NCBI GenBank assembly: GCA_013265495.1
Contig: MU058463.1
Span: 2,255,523 to 2,319,522 of the forward strand
Source of the DNA: Vicugna vicugna
Lineage: Eukaryota
Length of the DNA: 64,000 bases
Reading direction: 5' to 3'
Both the position numbers and the translations under genes were made by a program. Under the pieces are notes generated by a model that was not told the DNA's origin, ran no database searches, and was given only the letters and a program-made list of their open reading frames with translations. This document shows positions 36,814-50,320 of this stretch, one piece after another. Every line of letters starts with the position of its first letter. Position 1 is the stretch's first letter.

Positions 36814-38121
36814 GAAGAATTTTCAATATTCTTTTCAATGTGTTGAAAAGTGACCGCTGTATGCTGGCACAGTGGGGAATACAAACGTTTTAAGAAACAG
36901 TTGTTTCACTCAAGAAGTTTAGAATATTCAGACTTAAATGGGCTGAAGACCATTGTGGTAGATCTTACATTCTTTAATAAGCAGAATGATATATGTATAT
37001 ACATTCCCTCATGTCTTGTAATAAACAGAAGAGAAAATTGAGTTTTCTCTTCATGATGGCTAAAATAAATCTTACAATGCTTTTTTCCACTAAAATACAT
37101 AAAGCCCCATAATAACATGCAGTTTAATCATGGACAAATTATTAATGAAAAACTTTTTTTTTCTGCTCCTCCGTACTTTCACAAGAACTACAAAAGCAAA
37201 AGTAGTAAAATTTATACTACATTTAACTGAGTATGTCTTTAAGATCACCAAATAGGTGCTCATTAACAACTGAATACTCACTGAAAGGTAATAATTTGAG
37301 GCCAGGGGACTGATAACTGGAGCTGAGTAGAGACCAGGGTCTATGCACCAATGGAGCTAGAATCCAAATGGTGGTATCCAGGATTTACTCTTCTTACAAA
37401 ACAGGAGTGGCTCTTGTTATTTGTGATGGTTCTGAGGAGTAATTACAGGAAATTTCTCTCCAGTAAAATGTTTCAAAACTGACAGGCTGTTTTTTTCACT
37501 TGAAAAAAAAAATCTGTGTTATTAGTTAAAAGAAGATATGTTGATAAATGAGAATCTTGTCTGTTCTCTGAAGTTTGGTACAAGCTGTATAATGCATTCC
37601 CATCCCATGCATTTGCATTACTCAACTCTATCACTGAATAATTGAAAGTTAGCCTCACAGTTAGGCACTTACTGCATTGTCTTCTCATACATTCTTAATA
37701 TTGTATTGCTAATAAGGTGATAATGTACCCCCTTACATTAGAAATAAATAATTAATCAAAGGTGCTAAACTCTGGGAATACGAGCTATCAGCTTTCCTTT
37801 CCTCCCTAATATTGAGTTCATTACTTTCATAGCTTGGATCAATGGTTACGGTTAAGCATAACCCATCCTTTGCTGAACACTGAATAAGCATTTGGGGGAA
37901 GCTCCTTCTGGAAATGAATTAAATTGATCAGAAAGGGACAGAGGCAAATTTACAAGCATGTTATTAGTACTTGCTAAGAAATATTCCCAACACATAGTTA
38001 TTGCTAAAAACTAAACGAAGCATATTTAGGTTTGGTCTATAACTTTTATAACTGATATTAAACAGATTAATTCCATTCATTCAGTCAGTCCACAAAGATT
38101 TGCTGAATCTTGCCTACTAAG

Positions 38122-38525
38122 ATGCTATCTTATATCAAGTTCCCTAGAAGCAAAACCTGAGATGAAATGATTAGTTGAGAGAGTGAACTCAGGAGAAGGG
38201 AGGTGAGAGAGGCAGGTTACTACAGGGGAAAAAATGCTTAGCAGAGATGTAATCTCATGGGGACACTAGATTCAGTCCAGTCCCACAGGAAATTCTGGTC
38301 CTATCTTGAAGGAAAGGGGCCAACTTTTGTGCCTTGTGTCAATTATTGGATGGAGGCCATACCCCTCCGGGTGTGGCTCCACCAGTTTCCTGTACCGCTG
38401 AAGGAAAGAGAGCAGTTCTCCTGGGTTGAGGACAGTTGTGAGCTGCTAACAAGAGATACCCATAACAGCTAGATGAGGGAGGAACCAGTTGGATAAAGGA
38501 GTGTGGGCATCGATGTAGTCCAGCA
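38122..38525 (-). mobile_element. Old ERVL LTR (LTR33/LTR16-like)
   Basis: AAGTTCCCTAGAAGCAAAACCTGAGATG start typical of this group in antisense. Confidence 0.45.
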
Positions 38526-39280
38526 GATGATTGTGTTAGATATGGTTCTGACTTGTTAAATTTTTAGAAGTAGAAAATACCCTAGAGTTTATCCAGCAAA
38601 TTACCACTCATTTTTCATACAAGGAGAACACAAATCCGACTTCTTTTTTATATGCCAATTCCTAATTCCAGAAATTTTTCTTTTAATTAGTATATAGGTA
38701 GCAGAAACTTTATCTCTAATATTTTCCCTTCAGAAAATGAAAAGGCCTGATAACACATTTTGGGAAAAAAATGAATTTAGTAATAGGAAAGAACTGACTG
38801 CTCAAGAACAAGTAACCAGGCCTATCCTTCTTGCAATGAGTTTAAGAAGAAGTCAACATTTAAATTTAGATGAGAATGAAAAAAAAAAAACAAAAAACCA
38901 GGCAGCCCCAAACTGAAGATAAGAATAAGAAACAAAAGATCAATTTCTTCCTATCACAAGTGATGAGGCAGAAAAACCCCAGGCTGTAATAAAGCCTAGA
39001 AATGAAGGAGCAGAAAGAGATGCCTCATAACCAGATTTTTAAAAAAACTGCACTAAGTATTTTGACCACACTTTATGAGGGAGAATCTTGAAAGAAACTG
39101 AGAGTTAGGATTCTATTTTTGAGTCTTTAGACTTGACATAGACAAAATCAGGAATTTTCCTTTTCTCTTAAAACATCTTGGCTTTATAGGTCTGTTTAAG
39201 CTGCCTTCAGGCATTATGTAACTATACCAAAAAGCCAAAATGTGGGGATTATAAATTCCGTTTAACTTATCTGTTTGTAT

Positions 39281-40538
39281 CAGGAGTTCTTGACCTGTAG
39301 TCCTTGGATGCCCAAACTGTCCATGGATAGAACTGAGAGGGTGGTTGAACTTTATGGGTAAAAAAATTTTACATCTCTATTTTCAGTAATATTTAACTGA
39401 AATTTAGAAAGCCCTCCAAGTATGAATGTTGGCAAAACTCTTAGTCCCTATGACCTTATCACCAGTAGAAATCATAGAGACTTTCAAACCACAGTGAACT
39501 TGTTGCAGATATCTCAAAACACCATTTATGCTCATCACGCCTTCAAAACTACTGCAATATTAGCTCTCAGCCTCCCTGTCCACAGACACCCTTGCAGTGG
39601 AGCTGGCCAGCTGCAGAGAAACCCTGGGCCTCCATATGGTGGACCTATATAACCTCATAATGAAAATTTAACTCAAACAGCTTTAGAGATTTTTGATATT
39701 TCTTGAGAGAACCTATCCATTTCTTGTTATGTGCTGTGGAAGCTTTAAAATTAAATTTATGATAATATATTTTTGAGAATCTGGACTGTTGACACTTGAA
39801 ACCAAAAAGTAAAAACTGGAAGTCGAGCTGGATGTCACATACGACATATGCATTGCTCTGGCAAAGACAGTTTATCATTCTTATTCATGCTAAGTAACAA
39901 CAGCCTTCACATTGATAAGTGTTGTAAAAATAAAATTTAGCTTTGAGTTGCCTATATTTTAAACCTACTGTTATTTAGCATATTTTTAAAGCTCATAGAT
40001 TGTTACAGTACAAAAATAATAATTAAAACATTTTCAATATAATTGATTTTCTTTGTAATCCTATGTATTCAAAACATTTTTTGCATTGAATTAAAAAAAT
40101 ATTTACTGAAACTTACCATGAGCCAGCTAGGGACATAGTGATGAGTATCTCTACTCTCATACATAGCAACAAATTTTTAACATGTATAAATTATTTTGTA
40201 CTAATACAAATGTCCACATAACCACAAAGATGAAAAACAATCAATGATTTTTTTTTTTTTTTGCAAACCTTGTTGTCCCTTGAATTGCTCTTAAGCTCAC
40301 CTAGGGTCTTATCATCAGGGCAATCCTTAATGGTCTCACTTGGCTACTTACCCACGCCCAGTGAGACACAAGGTAACCTATCAGATTAAAGGGGAATGGA
40401 TTTTACAATTTTAAAATGCAAAGTGTATAAGAAGTGCTGACCACAGTTGAATTTCCGAACAGTATTCTTATAGGAATTCACAGGATTTATCAGACTGCCA
40501 AAGGGGCCCATGATAGAAAAGAAGGTTAAGAACCCTTG
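39281..40538. mobile_element. hAT-Tip100 DNA transposon (Zaphod/MER115-like)
   Basis: TIR-like ends CAGGAGTTCTTGACC / GGTTAAGAACCCTTG; internal GTTGCAGATATCTCAAAACACC and CAGACTGCCAAAGGGGCCCATG. Confidence 0.75.
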
Positions 40539-40949
40539 ATTTAGATGTAAGTTGTTACTTATGTAAATCATGACACTGAATAATTGCTCTCACTGGCCTT
40601 TGCTTCCATGTTCTGATTTAAGTCATTTGTATTATTTCCTTAACTCATATTTCTTCTTATTGTTACCTCTTCAATGAGATATATTTTATATAGCATAAAA
40701 ATGCTCATTTCAGGTGTTCAAGTCAAGCATGCAATTAGTAGCCTTACTGAATCAGTTGTAGAACATTTTCAAACTCGTGGTTATTCATGGTCCTTAGATC
40801 ATCTTTAGGCATACTGAAATTGTATCTCACCTCCTCCTCATTGATTATAGTGTTTATTAGGTTATAAGAATTCACCTATAATAAAAGAAGTCTTATGACT
40901 ATGCTAACACTTAGCAAGTTTATTAAAAGATTAAAAGATATTCATTCTA

Positions 40950-41820
40950 ATTAACCCAGGCAGTAGTCAGCAATAGATGCTAAAACTGGTGTGTAAATTT
41001 TTGAGGTGTAACAAGACAGTTACATAATCTCAAAGTATTTTTCCACAAAGCATTTGTTAATTATAAGAGATACCAAAATAATACTACAGTGGAGAAACAT
41101 GGCAGATACCACCTTAGCCTAATGATGAAGGTTAACTTCAGTCATAATGGGACAAATCAACAGCATGTGCCTCCTAATGTGGTGCACTGAGAAGAACATG
41201 GTATCATGTCTATGATATTCCTACCAGAAGTGCATTACTTGAATCGAATCATGAGACAACATCAGACAAACCGTAATTCAAGGGACATGCTACAAAATCC
41301 TTGTCTTGTACTCTTCAAAAATATCAGCTTCATGAAATACAAAGAATGTCTCAGGACTTTATATTGAAGGAAAGTAAAGAGATACAACAACAGAATGTGG
41401 TACAAGATCTTAAATTTCTTTTTCTGTAAATGATATTGCTGGACAATTAGTAAAATCTGAATAAAGACTATATAGTACATAATATTGTTGTATCAGTATT
41501 AATTTCTCAATTTTGAAAATTGTACTGTGGTTATATGAGATGTTTTTGGTTCTAGGAAATACATACTGAACTAGATAGCAGGAAAGAAGTATTGTGTCTA
41601 AAATTTACTCTTAAATGATTCAAAAGTGTGTGTGTTGGGGGTTGGGTGAATATGGATGGGTGTGTGCATGTGTGCTTGGATGTGTGAGAGAGAGAGAATG
41701 AGGGAGATTGTGAGTACAATAAAAGTTGACATTTGAAGAATCAGGGTAGAGGTTATTCTACAATTCTTTGTACTATTTCTGAAATTTTTCTATAGTCTGA
41801 TACTGTGTTAAAAGGAATAA
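40950..41820 (+). mobile_element. L1ME/MC 3' end
   Basis: CAGTGGAGAAACATGGCAGATACCACCTTAGCC...CATCAGACAAACC...TGTACTGTGGTTATATGAG. Confidence 0.7.
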
Positions 41821-42622
41821 AAAAGACCTAAGTGTATTTATTGTCATACCAAATATTGAAAGTTCTGATACCTCAATTTACACTCCACTCGCAGTTATTT
41901 TTAGCTACTGGCAAATTTTCTCCACAGAATTTTTTTTTTTTTTTTGGCTGTGCACATTTGCTTCTTTCATTTGAGTATTTGTGCTCTTTTCTTTTGTTTA
42001 TTATTTCCCTAGGGCAGATGATGCTGTTTCAAACATATGGCCATTTTCATTTTCTGCCAATCACCCACAAAAAAATTCCCCCAAAGACCAATAGTTGTGA
42101 TAAACTAAAATAAGGTATAGAAATGTGAAGCAGAATGAGTCATATATTTTGGGAGTCAGCAGCTTTGGTTGGCTGCTGACTCAATTCGTGACCTTGGGAA
42201 AAAACACGTCATTGCTTTGTGCCCTATTCTCCTCATAATCTTTTTCATTACAGAGTGTTGAAAGGATTAATTTATGATTGTGCATCACTTTAAATCTCCA
42301 TGATTTAGGTATTAAGGGAGTTATCACAATTAAATATCCCTATAAATAGCACACTTGTGAAAATCCTCTTTTTGGTATTTTGGTAGGTGTTTTAAAACTA
42401 TAAAAGCTTTATCATAATGCTCAAAGTATTACCAGCCTTGGCTTGTAGTATACTATCTCCCTGTAGGCATTGAATTATTGACCATTATTGAAGACAACAG
42501 GAATCACGCAAGAGATTTGTAGATCACCAGTATTCTGCCTATTTTGTCTTTTCATTTCTAGACTGAAAGTGCCTAAATTAATTTTCTTCCATCAAAGTTT
42601 TTACTCTCTCTACCAGGTCTGC

Positions 42623-43640
42623 TGTTATTTGCCTGCCTGTCATCCAGTTACCCTTTTAGTGACATTGACTTTAACTTAGGGAATATGCCTCCCCCAGCTC
42701 AGTTCATATGATTTAGTTCAGACTGACCCAAGAGCATGGGGTCCATGGTACAGATCCGGCCAATCAGAGCAGCACATGCCCTGTCTACAATGACTGTAGG
42801 AAGAGACACGTGATATCAAGGACCATGAGTCCCTCTTATGACTCATTCTAAAATTATTAAGAAACAGGTGATCTCTTTCCACTGGGATTGCTAAACTGGG
42901 AAGATGTAAGCCCAGTCTTTCTAACAGCTATCTTGCCACCATGAGGGAAGAGCATATCTAAGCCTGTTTCTAATCCAGATAAAAGCAAAGGTGAGTGATA
43001 AAAGGAAGTCATTTCCTTTTCCTAATGATCATTTGAGTACCTAGATTGGGGACATCTGTACAGAGATAACAGTTTGCTAATCTGGGTCAACGTATTTATT
43101 ATTATTATTATTATTATCATTTGGCCTGAAGTGGTTGAGAAAGCTCCAACAAAATCATTTGGTACACGTGATAGCTGTTTGCTTATTCAATATCCATTTT
43201 CCCCTTTATCCTTAGTAATACACTCTCAATTTTATTCAAGGTGCCAATTGTCTAGCTTAAAAAAAAAAAGTACTTCCCCTGCCTCCTTTGTAGGTAGAAA
43301 TGACCATTTAACTTAACTAAATACTGATCAAAGAGATATAGGCAGAAGTTACAGGCTGGGATATATTTGAAGACTCTTACTAACAGAAAGCTTGGATGAG
43401 TCCTTCTGCTCCCCACTCTTTTACATATTCCTTCCTGAAATAGATGTATGATGGTTGCAATTCCAGTGGTCATCTTCTGACCTTGAAGATGGAAACCATG
43501 TATTTGTATTAAGAAAGGATTCCTGTTACCTTTGTGGATAGCCCATTTTGAGTTTCTTTTACGTAAAAGAATAAACTCAAGTGTTTAAGCCACTGTAGTC
43601 TGGTTTCTATTGCTTGTAGCTGACACAATTCCTATTTGAT
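42623..43640 (+). mobile_element. Two old MaLR LTRs (MLT1J/K-like; ~42623-43050 and ~43168-43640)
   Basis: GGCCAATCAGAGC, GCTATCTTGCCACCATGAGGG, AATAAACT..GTTTAAGCCACTGTAGTCTGGTTTCT..TGTAGCTGA. Confidence 0.6.
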
Positions 43641-43920
43641 AGAATATATCTCTGCAACTGAACATCGGTGGTACTTCAGGAGATGCTTGAATTTATTTTC
43701 TATGAAATGAAGAGATGAGACGAAAATAGTTTTGCCTAAAGTTACAGGCAATCCTCTTTATTTTTGCCTCATGTATGAATTGTAGGTGAGAATCAATGAA
43801 TAATTCTGGCTGCTGCTTCCTCACCTCTTTTCTGATCCTTTCTATACAATGAAGAAATTTTTACATGGCTCAGATGTGGCAGTCCAGAGTCACAGATCTT
43901 GCCAATAAGAGTTTGTAGAT

Positions 43921-43922
<2 letters not shown>

Positions 43923-43977
<55 letters not shown>

Positions 43978-43978
43978 T
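43923..43978. repeat. (TC)n microsatellite
   Basis: About 24 perfect TC units. Confidence 0.95.
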
Positions 43979-44220
43979 GCCTTCTCCATTCTTTTGATTA
44001 TTGTTCCATTCCAGGACACCATCAGTCTGCTATTCAGGGCTTCCTGAATCCAGTATTTGTTCACTAAACCTAATTCTCTGCACTGGCATCAGAATAACAA
44101 ATCAAAAAACATCACGATTTTAAAAACTACAGGAAACAACTACCTAAATGAGCTGTTGGGTGACCAAAATCAGGTAGAAGCTGGAGGAAAGTCAAAACCT
44201 GAAGGAAGTAGCAACATACA

Positions 44221-44346
44221 ATTATATATATATATATGTTTTATTACATATTTACATATGTAAATTACATATATATATATGTTTTATATATATATAAAAC
44301 AACATATGTGTATGTGTGTATGTGTGTGTGTGTGTGTGTGTGTGTA
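44221..44346. repeat. (TA)n/(TG)n compound microsatellite with palindromes
   Basis: Direct reading; perfect palindromes at 44250-44265 and 44280-44301. Confidence 0.9.
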
Positions 44347-44714
44347 TAATTTTTATCCGAGGGCAGGCTCCAGTGAGGGGGCTAAAACTTGGATGGCAAC
44401 CCATAGTCATACTGGCTTAAAGAATTAAGAAATAAAGCACAGAGTTTGGGGTGACCACTGCAGCTAGAAAGAAAAGAGAAAAAAAAAATTTCATAAAGGA
44501 GAGATCCAGAAAGGGAGAGTTCCAAATTGTCTGCTCAAGTCTTAGGTGAAACCTGAACTCTACTTGCACAGGACAGATTCAAAGGAGCCTAGATAAGGCT
44601 AAAAGATTTGAACAGAAATTTCAGCTGCTACCTTCTATAGAGAAGACAGATTTTGGAGTGTGAGTCCAGGTATGTTAACTACCTATTAAAAACCAAACAA
44701 ACAAGCAAACGTCA

Positions 44715-45270
44715 CTCTTAACAAACTAGGAATAGGGAGAAACTCCTTCAACTTAATAAAGGCCATCTACAAAAAACCTACAGCTATTATTATATTTAAT
44801 GGTGGGAAACTTAAAACTCTCCTGCTAATAAGGCAAGGATAGCCCCCCGCACTAATGCTTTTCAACATTATACTGGAAATCCTAGCTAATGTAGTAAGAC
44901 AAGAAAAGGAAATAAAATTTATACAGATTGAGAAGGAAGAAATAAAACTGTCTTTGTTTGTTGATGACATGACTGTCTACGTAGAAAACCCAGAAGAACT
45001 AACAAAAAAAACCTCCTGGAATTAGTAAGTTTTATAGCAAGGTTGCAGGATACGTGGTTAATATATCCAAGTCAATTTCCTATATACTGGCCATGAACAA
45101 TTGGAACTTGAAATTAAAAATACGTTACTATTTACATTAGCATCCCCTCTCCAATGAAATACTTCTGTAAAAATCTAACAAAATATGTACAAGAGTTATA
45201 TAAGGGAAACTCTAAACTCTGAGGAAAGACAAAAAGAACTAAATTGAGAAATTTAATATTCATTTGACAG
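44715..45270 (+). mobile_element. L1 ORF2 RT fragment
   Basis: Encodes [37 protein letters not shown] (FADD motif, decayed). Confidence 0.9.
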
Positions 45271-45284
45271 ACATAAATATTAAT

Positions 45285-46460
45285 ATTTAATTGTATTTCC
45301 TTGATGATTAGTGACGTTGAGCATCTTTTCACAATACCTGTTGGCCATTTGTATGTATTTTTTTGGAAAGATGTCTATTCAGATCCTCCACCCATTTCCT
45401 AATGGGATTATTTGATATTTTTTGCTATTGAGTTGTGTGAGTTTCTTATATATGTTGGATATTAACCTTTTATCAGATATATGGTTTGCAATATTTTCTC
45501 CCATTCCATAGGTTGCCTTTTCATTTTATTGATTTTTTTTTTTTGCTTTGTAGACTGTTTTTTAGTTTGATGTAGTCTCACTTGCTGATTTTTGCTTTTG
45601 TTGCTTGATGTCATATACAGAAAATCATTTCCAAGACCAAAGTCAAGGAGCTTTTCTGTATGTTTTCTTCAAGGAGTTTTACAGTCTCAGGACTTATGTT
45701 TAAGACCTTAATCTATATCAAGTTTTTGTGAGTAACATAAGATAGAGATCCAGTTTTATTCATTTTGCATGTGAATATCCATTTTTTCCAACACCATTTG
45801 TGGAAGAAACTATCCTTTCTTTCTCCACTGAGTATTTTTGGCTCCCTTATCAAATATTAGTAGAGTATAGGCATGGGTTTATTTCTGGGTTCTCAATTCT
45901 GTTCCATTGGTCTATGTGTCTAGTTTTATTTCAGTACCATATTATTTTCATTATTATATCTTTGTAATATAGTTTGAAATCAGTAAGTGTGATGACTCCA
46001 GCTTTGTTCTTTCTCATAATTGCTTTGGCAAGTCAAGGTCTTTTGTGGTTCCATATAAGTTTTAGAATTTTTTTCTATTTTTGTGAAAAATGTGATTGGA
46101 ATTTTGGTAGGAATTGCATTCAATCTACAGATGGCATAGAGTAATGTGGACACTTTAATAATATTAATTCTTCCAATCCATTAATATGGGATATTGTTCC
46201 ATTCAGTTGTTATCTTCAATTTCTTTCATCAATCTCTTATAGTTTTTGGTGTATAGATCTTTCAATTCTTTGGTTAAATTTATTCCTAAGTATTTTACTG
46301 TTTTTGAGGCTATTTTAAGTTGGATTGTTTTCTTTCTTTTTCAGATAATTCACTGTTACTGTATAGAAATGCAACTGATTTTTGTATTTTGATTTTATAC
46401 TCTGCAACTTTACTGAACTCATTTATTAGTTCGAACAGTTTTTTGGTGGAGTCATTTGGA
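45285..46460 (-). mobile_element. L1 ORF2 3' fragment, antisense, nested in L1 cluster
   Basis: GATGATTAGTGACGTTGAGCATCTTTTC...GTTCCATTGGTCTATGTGTCT...GTATAGAAATGCAACTGATTTTTGT. Confidence 0.9.
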
Positions 46461-46469
46461 TGTTATACT

Positions 46470-47480
46470 ATATTGGTAGTATTGGGACATTTTGGTACCT
46501 ATTTGGAAAAATAAAGTTTGATTCATAATGTACTTCAGAATAAAGCCCAAATCCCAAAATCAATGAAAACAATAAAAACAACATAAAAGTACTAGAGAAA
46601 ACATGGGAGAATTCTTTATAACCTGGGGATGGGGATGGTTTTTCTAATAATGACCCAAAATCTAAAAGGCATTAATTAGCAAGATTAATACATTTGACTA
46701 GGTAGGTATGAAGATTTCTGCATGCCAAATAAATACCGTAAGTACGAAGACAACAAAGTGGTAACACATATCACAGAGGGTTAATCTCCCTAATAAAGAG
46801 AGACAGCCTACAAATTAATAAGAAAAGGACCAGCAACCCAAAAGAAAAACAATCAAAGGATTAGAAACAGTAAGTTCATGGAAAGGAAATACAAATAGCT
46901 CTAACAAGGATGTTTAATTCACTCATAATAAGACAAATGTATAATATAATTACAACTAGATACATTATTTACCTATCAGATAGGCAAAATTCAAGTTTGA
47001 TAACACTCAGTTGGCAATATTATAACAAAATCACTACACTGTTCCTGAGGGAATATAAATTGGTATAACCTTCATAGACAGTAACTTGACATTATCTATC
47101 AATAATACAAACTCGTATGTCTTTTTACCTAGCAATTTCACTTTTGGGACTTTATCCATCAGACACAATTTTCACATGTATAACAAGGTTATTATAGAAA
47201 GATTCTTTGCAATAGAAAAAGACTGAAAACAAGTTAAAGTTTATCAAGTGGGGACAGGTAAATAAATTATGATATATTCTTAAAATGTACTTGCTATTCA
47301 CTATACAAATGTCGAAAAATAAAAAGCAAGATCTCTACAACAGATTTACGGAAAGATTTCCAAGATATATATAAAGCAAGATATAGAATAGGATATATGA
47401 TTGATACTTTTTATATTAGAAAAAAAATGGATTGGAATAAAAATATATATCTATCTGTAATTCACAAAGAAATTCTGGGA
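46470..47480 (+). mobile_element. Old L1M ORF2 end / 3' region
   Basis: AAAGTACTAGAGAAAACATGGGAGAATTC...CACTCATAATAAGACAAATG...CCTAGCAATTTCACTTTTGGG. Confidence 0.7.
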
Positions 47481-47504
47481 GGATAAAAAAGAAACTAATA
47501 ATGA

Positions 47505-47662
47505 CAGTATCTTATAATAACCTATAATGGAAAAGAATCTGAAAATGAATACACATATATATGTATAACTGAATCACTTTGCTGTACACCTGAAACATTG
47601 TAAATCAACTATACTTCAATTACAAAATCAAAAATTTTTTTTTAATTTTAATAAGATATAGA
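47505..47662 (+). mobile_element. Cetartiodactyl-type L1 3' end with TSD
   Basis: ATAACTGAATCACTTTGCTGTACACCTGAAAC...TGTAAATCAACTATACTTCAAT; TSD AAAAAGAAAC(T/G)AATAATGA at 47486-47504 and 47664-47682. Confidence 0.85.
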
Positions 47663-48844
47663 AAAAAAGAAACGAATAATGAATGCTGTTTATCCATGTA
47701 TATGGCGGGGCTGAGAATTTGCTGGATGGAAACATGTTTGTATTATGTTTTACAACATATACAAGAAATATTTAAAATGTGTCATATTTTACCTATCATG
47801 TTCTATATTTTCATTTTAGTTTAGTCCACCTTAGCAAAACCAGAAATCTTGGTTAAAAAAAATTTTTTTTAAAGTAAAGGCTATTGGAAAAGTAAGTGGA
47901 AAGAATGTGACTTTAATTGCCTGCCATTTCTAAGTAAAGTGATACTGATTATCTTTTTTGTTTGGGAATATATTTATTACTTAAACAAGAAATATGATAT
48001 TCTTTTTTTACTATTACATCTATATCATTTAAACCACAACTACATTATTTTTCAGAATCCAGCATCTTTAAAAGAGAAAATAATTTTTAGTTAAAAAACA
48101 AAACAAAAAGCTTGAGCTCCCTCTGCTGGCTCTGTGGTAGCATATCAGAATGAATTTTGGTTTTATTTAGAAACAGTCACATGGTTAATTCATTTGCCAA
48201 AATTCAAGAGAGTAATTCTAAACTGTTTCCCACAATTTTCTAAATGTTAAGTTCTGCTAATATATCACTAATATTGGCAAGTAAGATTAGCATTTCAATA
48301 TAAATTTAAAAATTTTAAATTTTATTCAGTTTGTGCCTTTAATGCACCCCTAAATATGGTACCATAAAAGTGAGTTGTACAGGAAAATTTTTTACAGGTA
48401 CAATATGTACAGGAGAATTTTAGTTTTTAAATTTATAATGGCTTTCAAGTTGCAGGAACCATAAAACTCATATGTTGTGTTACTATACTAATATTTAATT
48501 GATTTAAAATATCACACACATATTTTGAAGTTAGAAGAAATAGAAAATACTTGCATAGTTAAGCAATTATTTATATGACAATTCTGAGTAACTGGAAATA
48601 CTTTGTTCTTTGTCATGACAGCATAATCTATGATGTACTAATTTATGATGTACCATGCAAAATGACAAGCTACTTCTCTTTTTATGATTTCTATCTTCCA
48701 GATCATAGATTAGTGTCTCAGTGATGACCATCTTATTCTTCTATTTACCTACTAACTTCTTTAATTATTTTTCTCTTTCACTTAAATCTCTTTAATGATG
48801 CCTGGGGAATCACTGATACAGTATTCATCCAGCCTCAAAGGTAG

Positions 48845-49255
48845 TGCCATGGTTTTAGAATACGTCCACAGATTCTTTCTTATCTCATTTCTTAAGGTGA
48901 GTACTAATTCTTTCTGCCCTGAGCGTCGGCTGCACTTGACTCAAATGAATAAAATGTGGTGGAGGTGAAGGTGTTAGACTTCCAAGGCTAATTCATTAAA
49001 GACATTGAGGCTTCCGATCTGCCCTCTTGAACTGCTTGCTTTGGGGGATGCAGGCTGCCATATCACAAAGGCACAAACATCCACATGAAGAGGTCCATGT
49101 GGTGTGGAACTGAGGTCTCCTGCCAACAGCTATTTTGGAAGGAGATTCTCTAGCCCCAGGTAAGGCTTCAAAGACTGTGGCCCAAGCAGACATCTTGACT
49201 GCAACTTCATGAGAAACCATGAGCTAGAACCTCTCAGCTAAGCAGCTCTCACAGA
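48845..49255 (+). mobile_element. MaLR LTR (MLT1F-like)
   Basis: GAGGTCCATGTGG..GGAACTGAGGTCTCCTGCCAACAGC...GACATCTTGACTGCAACTTCATGAGA. Confidence 0.75.
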
Positions 49256-49929
49256 TCAGTATTGCTTCCCTAACTCCTAGTAAGTCTTACATGATAATTT
49301 TCACTGGTTTTGTTTGGGCTATATGTGTGCTTGTGTGTTTTATTCATGATTTGAATTTGTCTTTTGGGCATACAGTTCCCAAATTAAATTCATATTCATC
49401 TTCTGGAAAATTACATGCAAACAATTATTGATAAAGAAGAATCAAAATTTGATTCCTATTAAAATGCGATCTGCTTTAAAGTCACAATTTTTAGCACACC
49501 AGCTGTGTTAATATGCCCTGTCTTTCAATTCATGTTGGTAGTAAATCCCTCTTCCTTGGTGAAGAGATAGGCATAGATCCAAGCTAAAGCAATTAGCTTT
49601 TCTATCCTGATAATTTATATCTTAAACAGAGATGCCTGGGGTGGGTGGTTGCTATTACAACACTGGACTGTAAGAGTATTCTGTAGAGAAGGTCTGGGAA
49701 GGAACAGATATTGGCTGCTATGATTCCTAGAGGTGTGCTGGTTCCTGTAGCCTAGGAGGTTTGGTCAGTATTCCTCGATGCCATGTGTTACCTTAATTTC
49801 ATTCAAAAAATGAATCTCCTTTTATATAAATAAGTCAACTATGAATATTGGTTGAATGAATGATTGGAATGAAATAGCTGTGTCGTAAGAAAAATAAATG
49901 TTGATAGAGGTATCAGTGTTTGTTGGGTT

Positions 49930-50320
49930 TTGTATCAGCACTCACTATGTAACTAACCACCTCAAATTAGTGGCTTACAAACATTTAATATTTGTCGTCA
50001 TTCTGTGAGGTGCTGGGATGTTTCAGTTTGGGCTGGCTGTGTGGTTTAGGATGGTGTCATTCAAACATCTGGTGGTTAGTCACTTTGTGGTCTCCAGGTT
50101 CTCAGGGCTTGAAAAGACCCAGAGAGGGCAAGTCCTGATGGGCAAGCACTTTTCAAGTTGTTGGCTTATTTCATATTTATCTCCGCATATTTACTTTAAT
50201 CTCATCAGTCAAAACAAATGACATGGCCAAGTCTAAAATTATTGTGGGAGGAAACTGCGAACGTGGATATGGAAAATGTGAACAAATTGGGGGGCCAATT
50301 ACTGCAGTTATTTACCACGC
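49930..50320 (-). mobile_element. MaLR LTR (MLT1G/H-like)
   Basis: GTAACTAACCACCTCAAATTAGTGGCTTA...ACATGGCCAAGTC...AATTGGGGGCCA. Confidence 0.6.

Noticed and set aside
44221..44305. Functional palindromes (also the hairpins at 27782-27820 and 16836-16854)
   Set aside because: Explained by AT-microsatellite symmetry or short template-switch events; nothing supports a function.
44715..47662. Single twin-primed (5'-inverted) L1
   Set aside because: The pieces differ in apparent age, the sense and antisense parts cover overlapping ORF2 regions, and no shared flanking TSD was found; nested independent insertions fit better.
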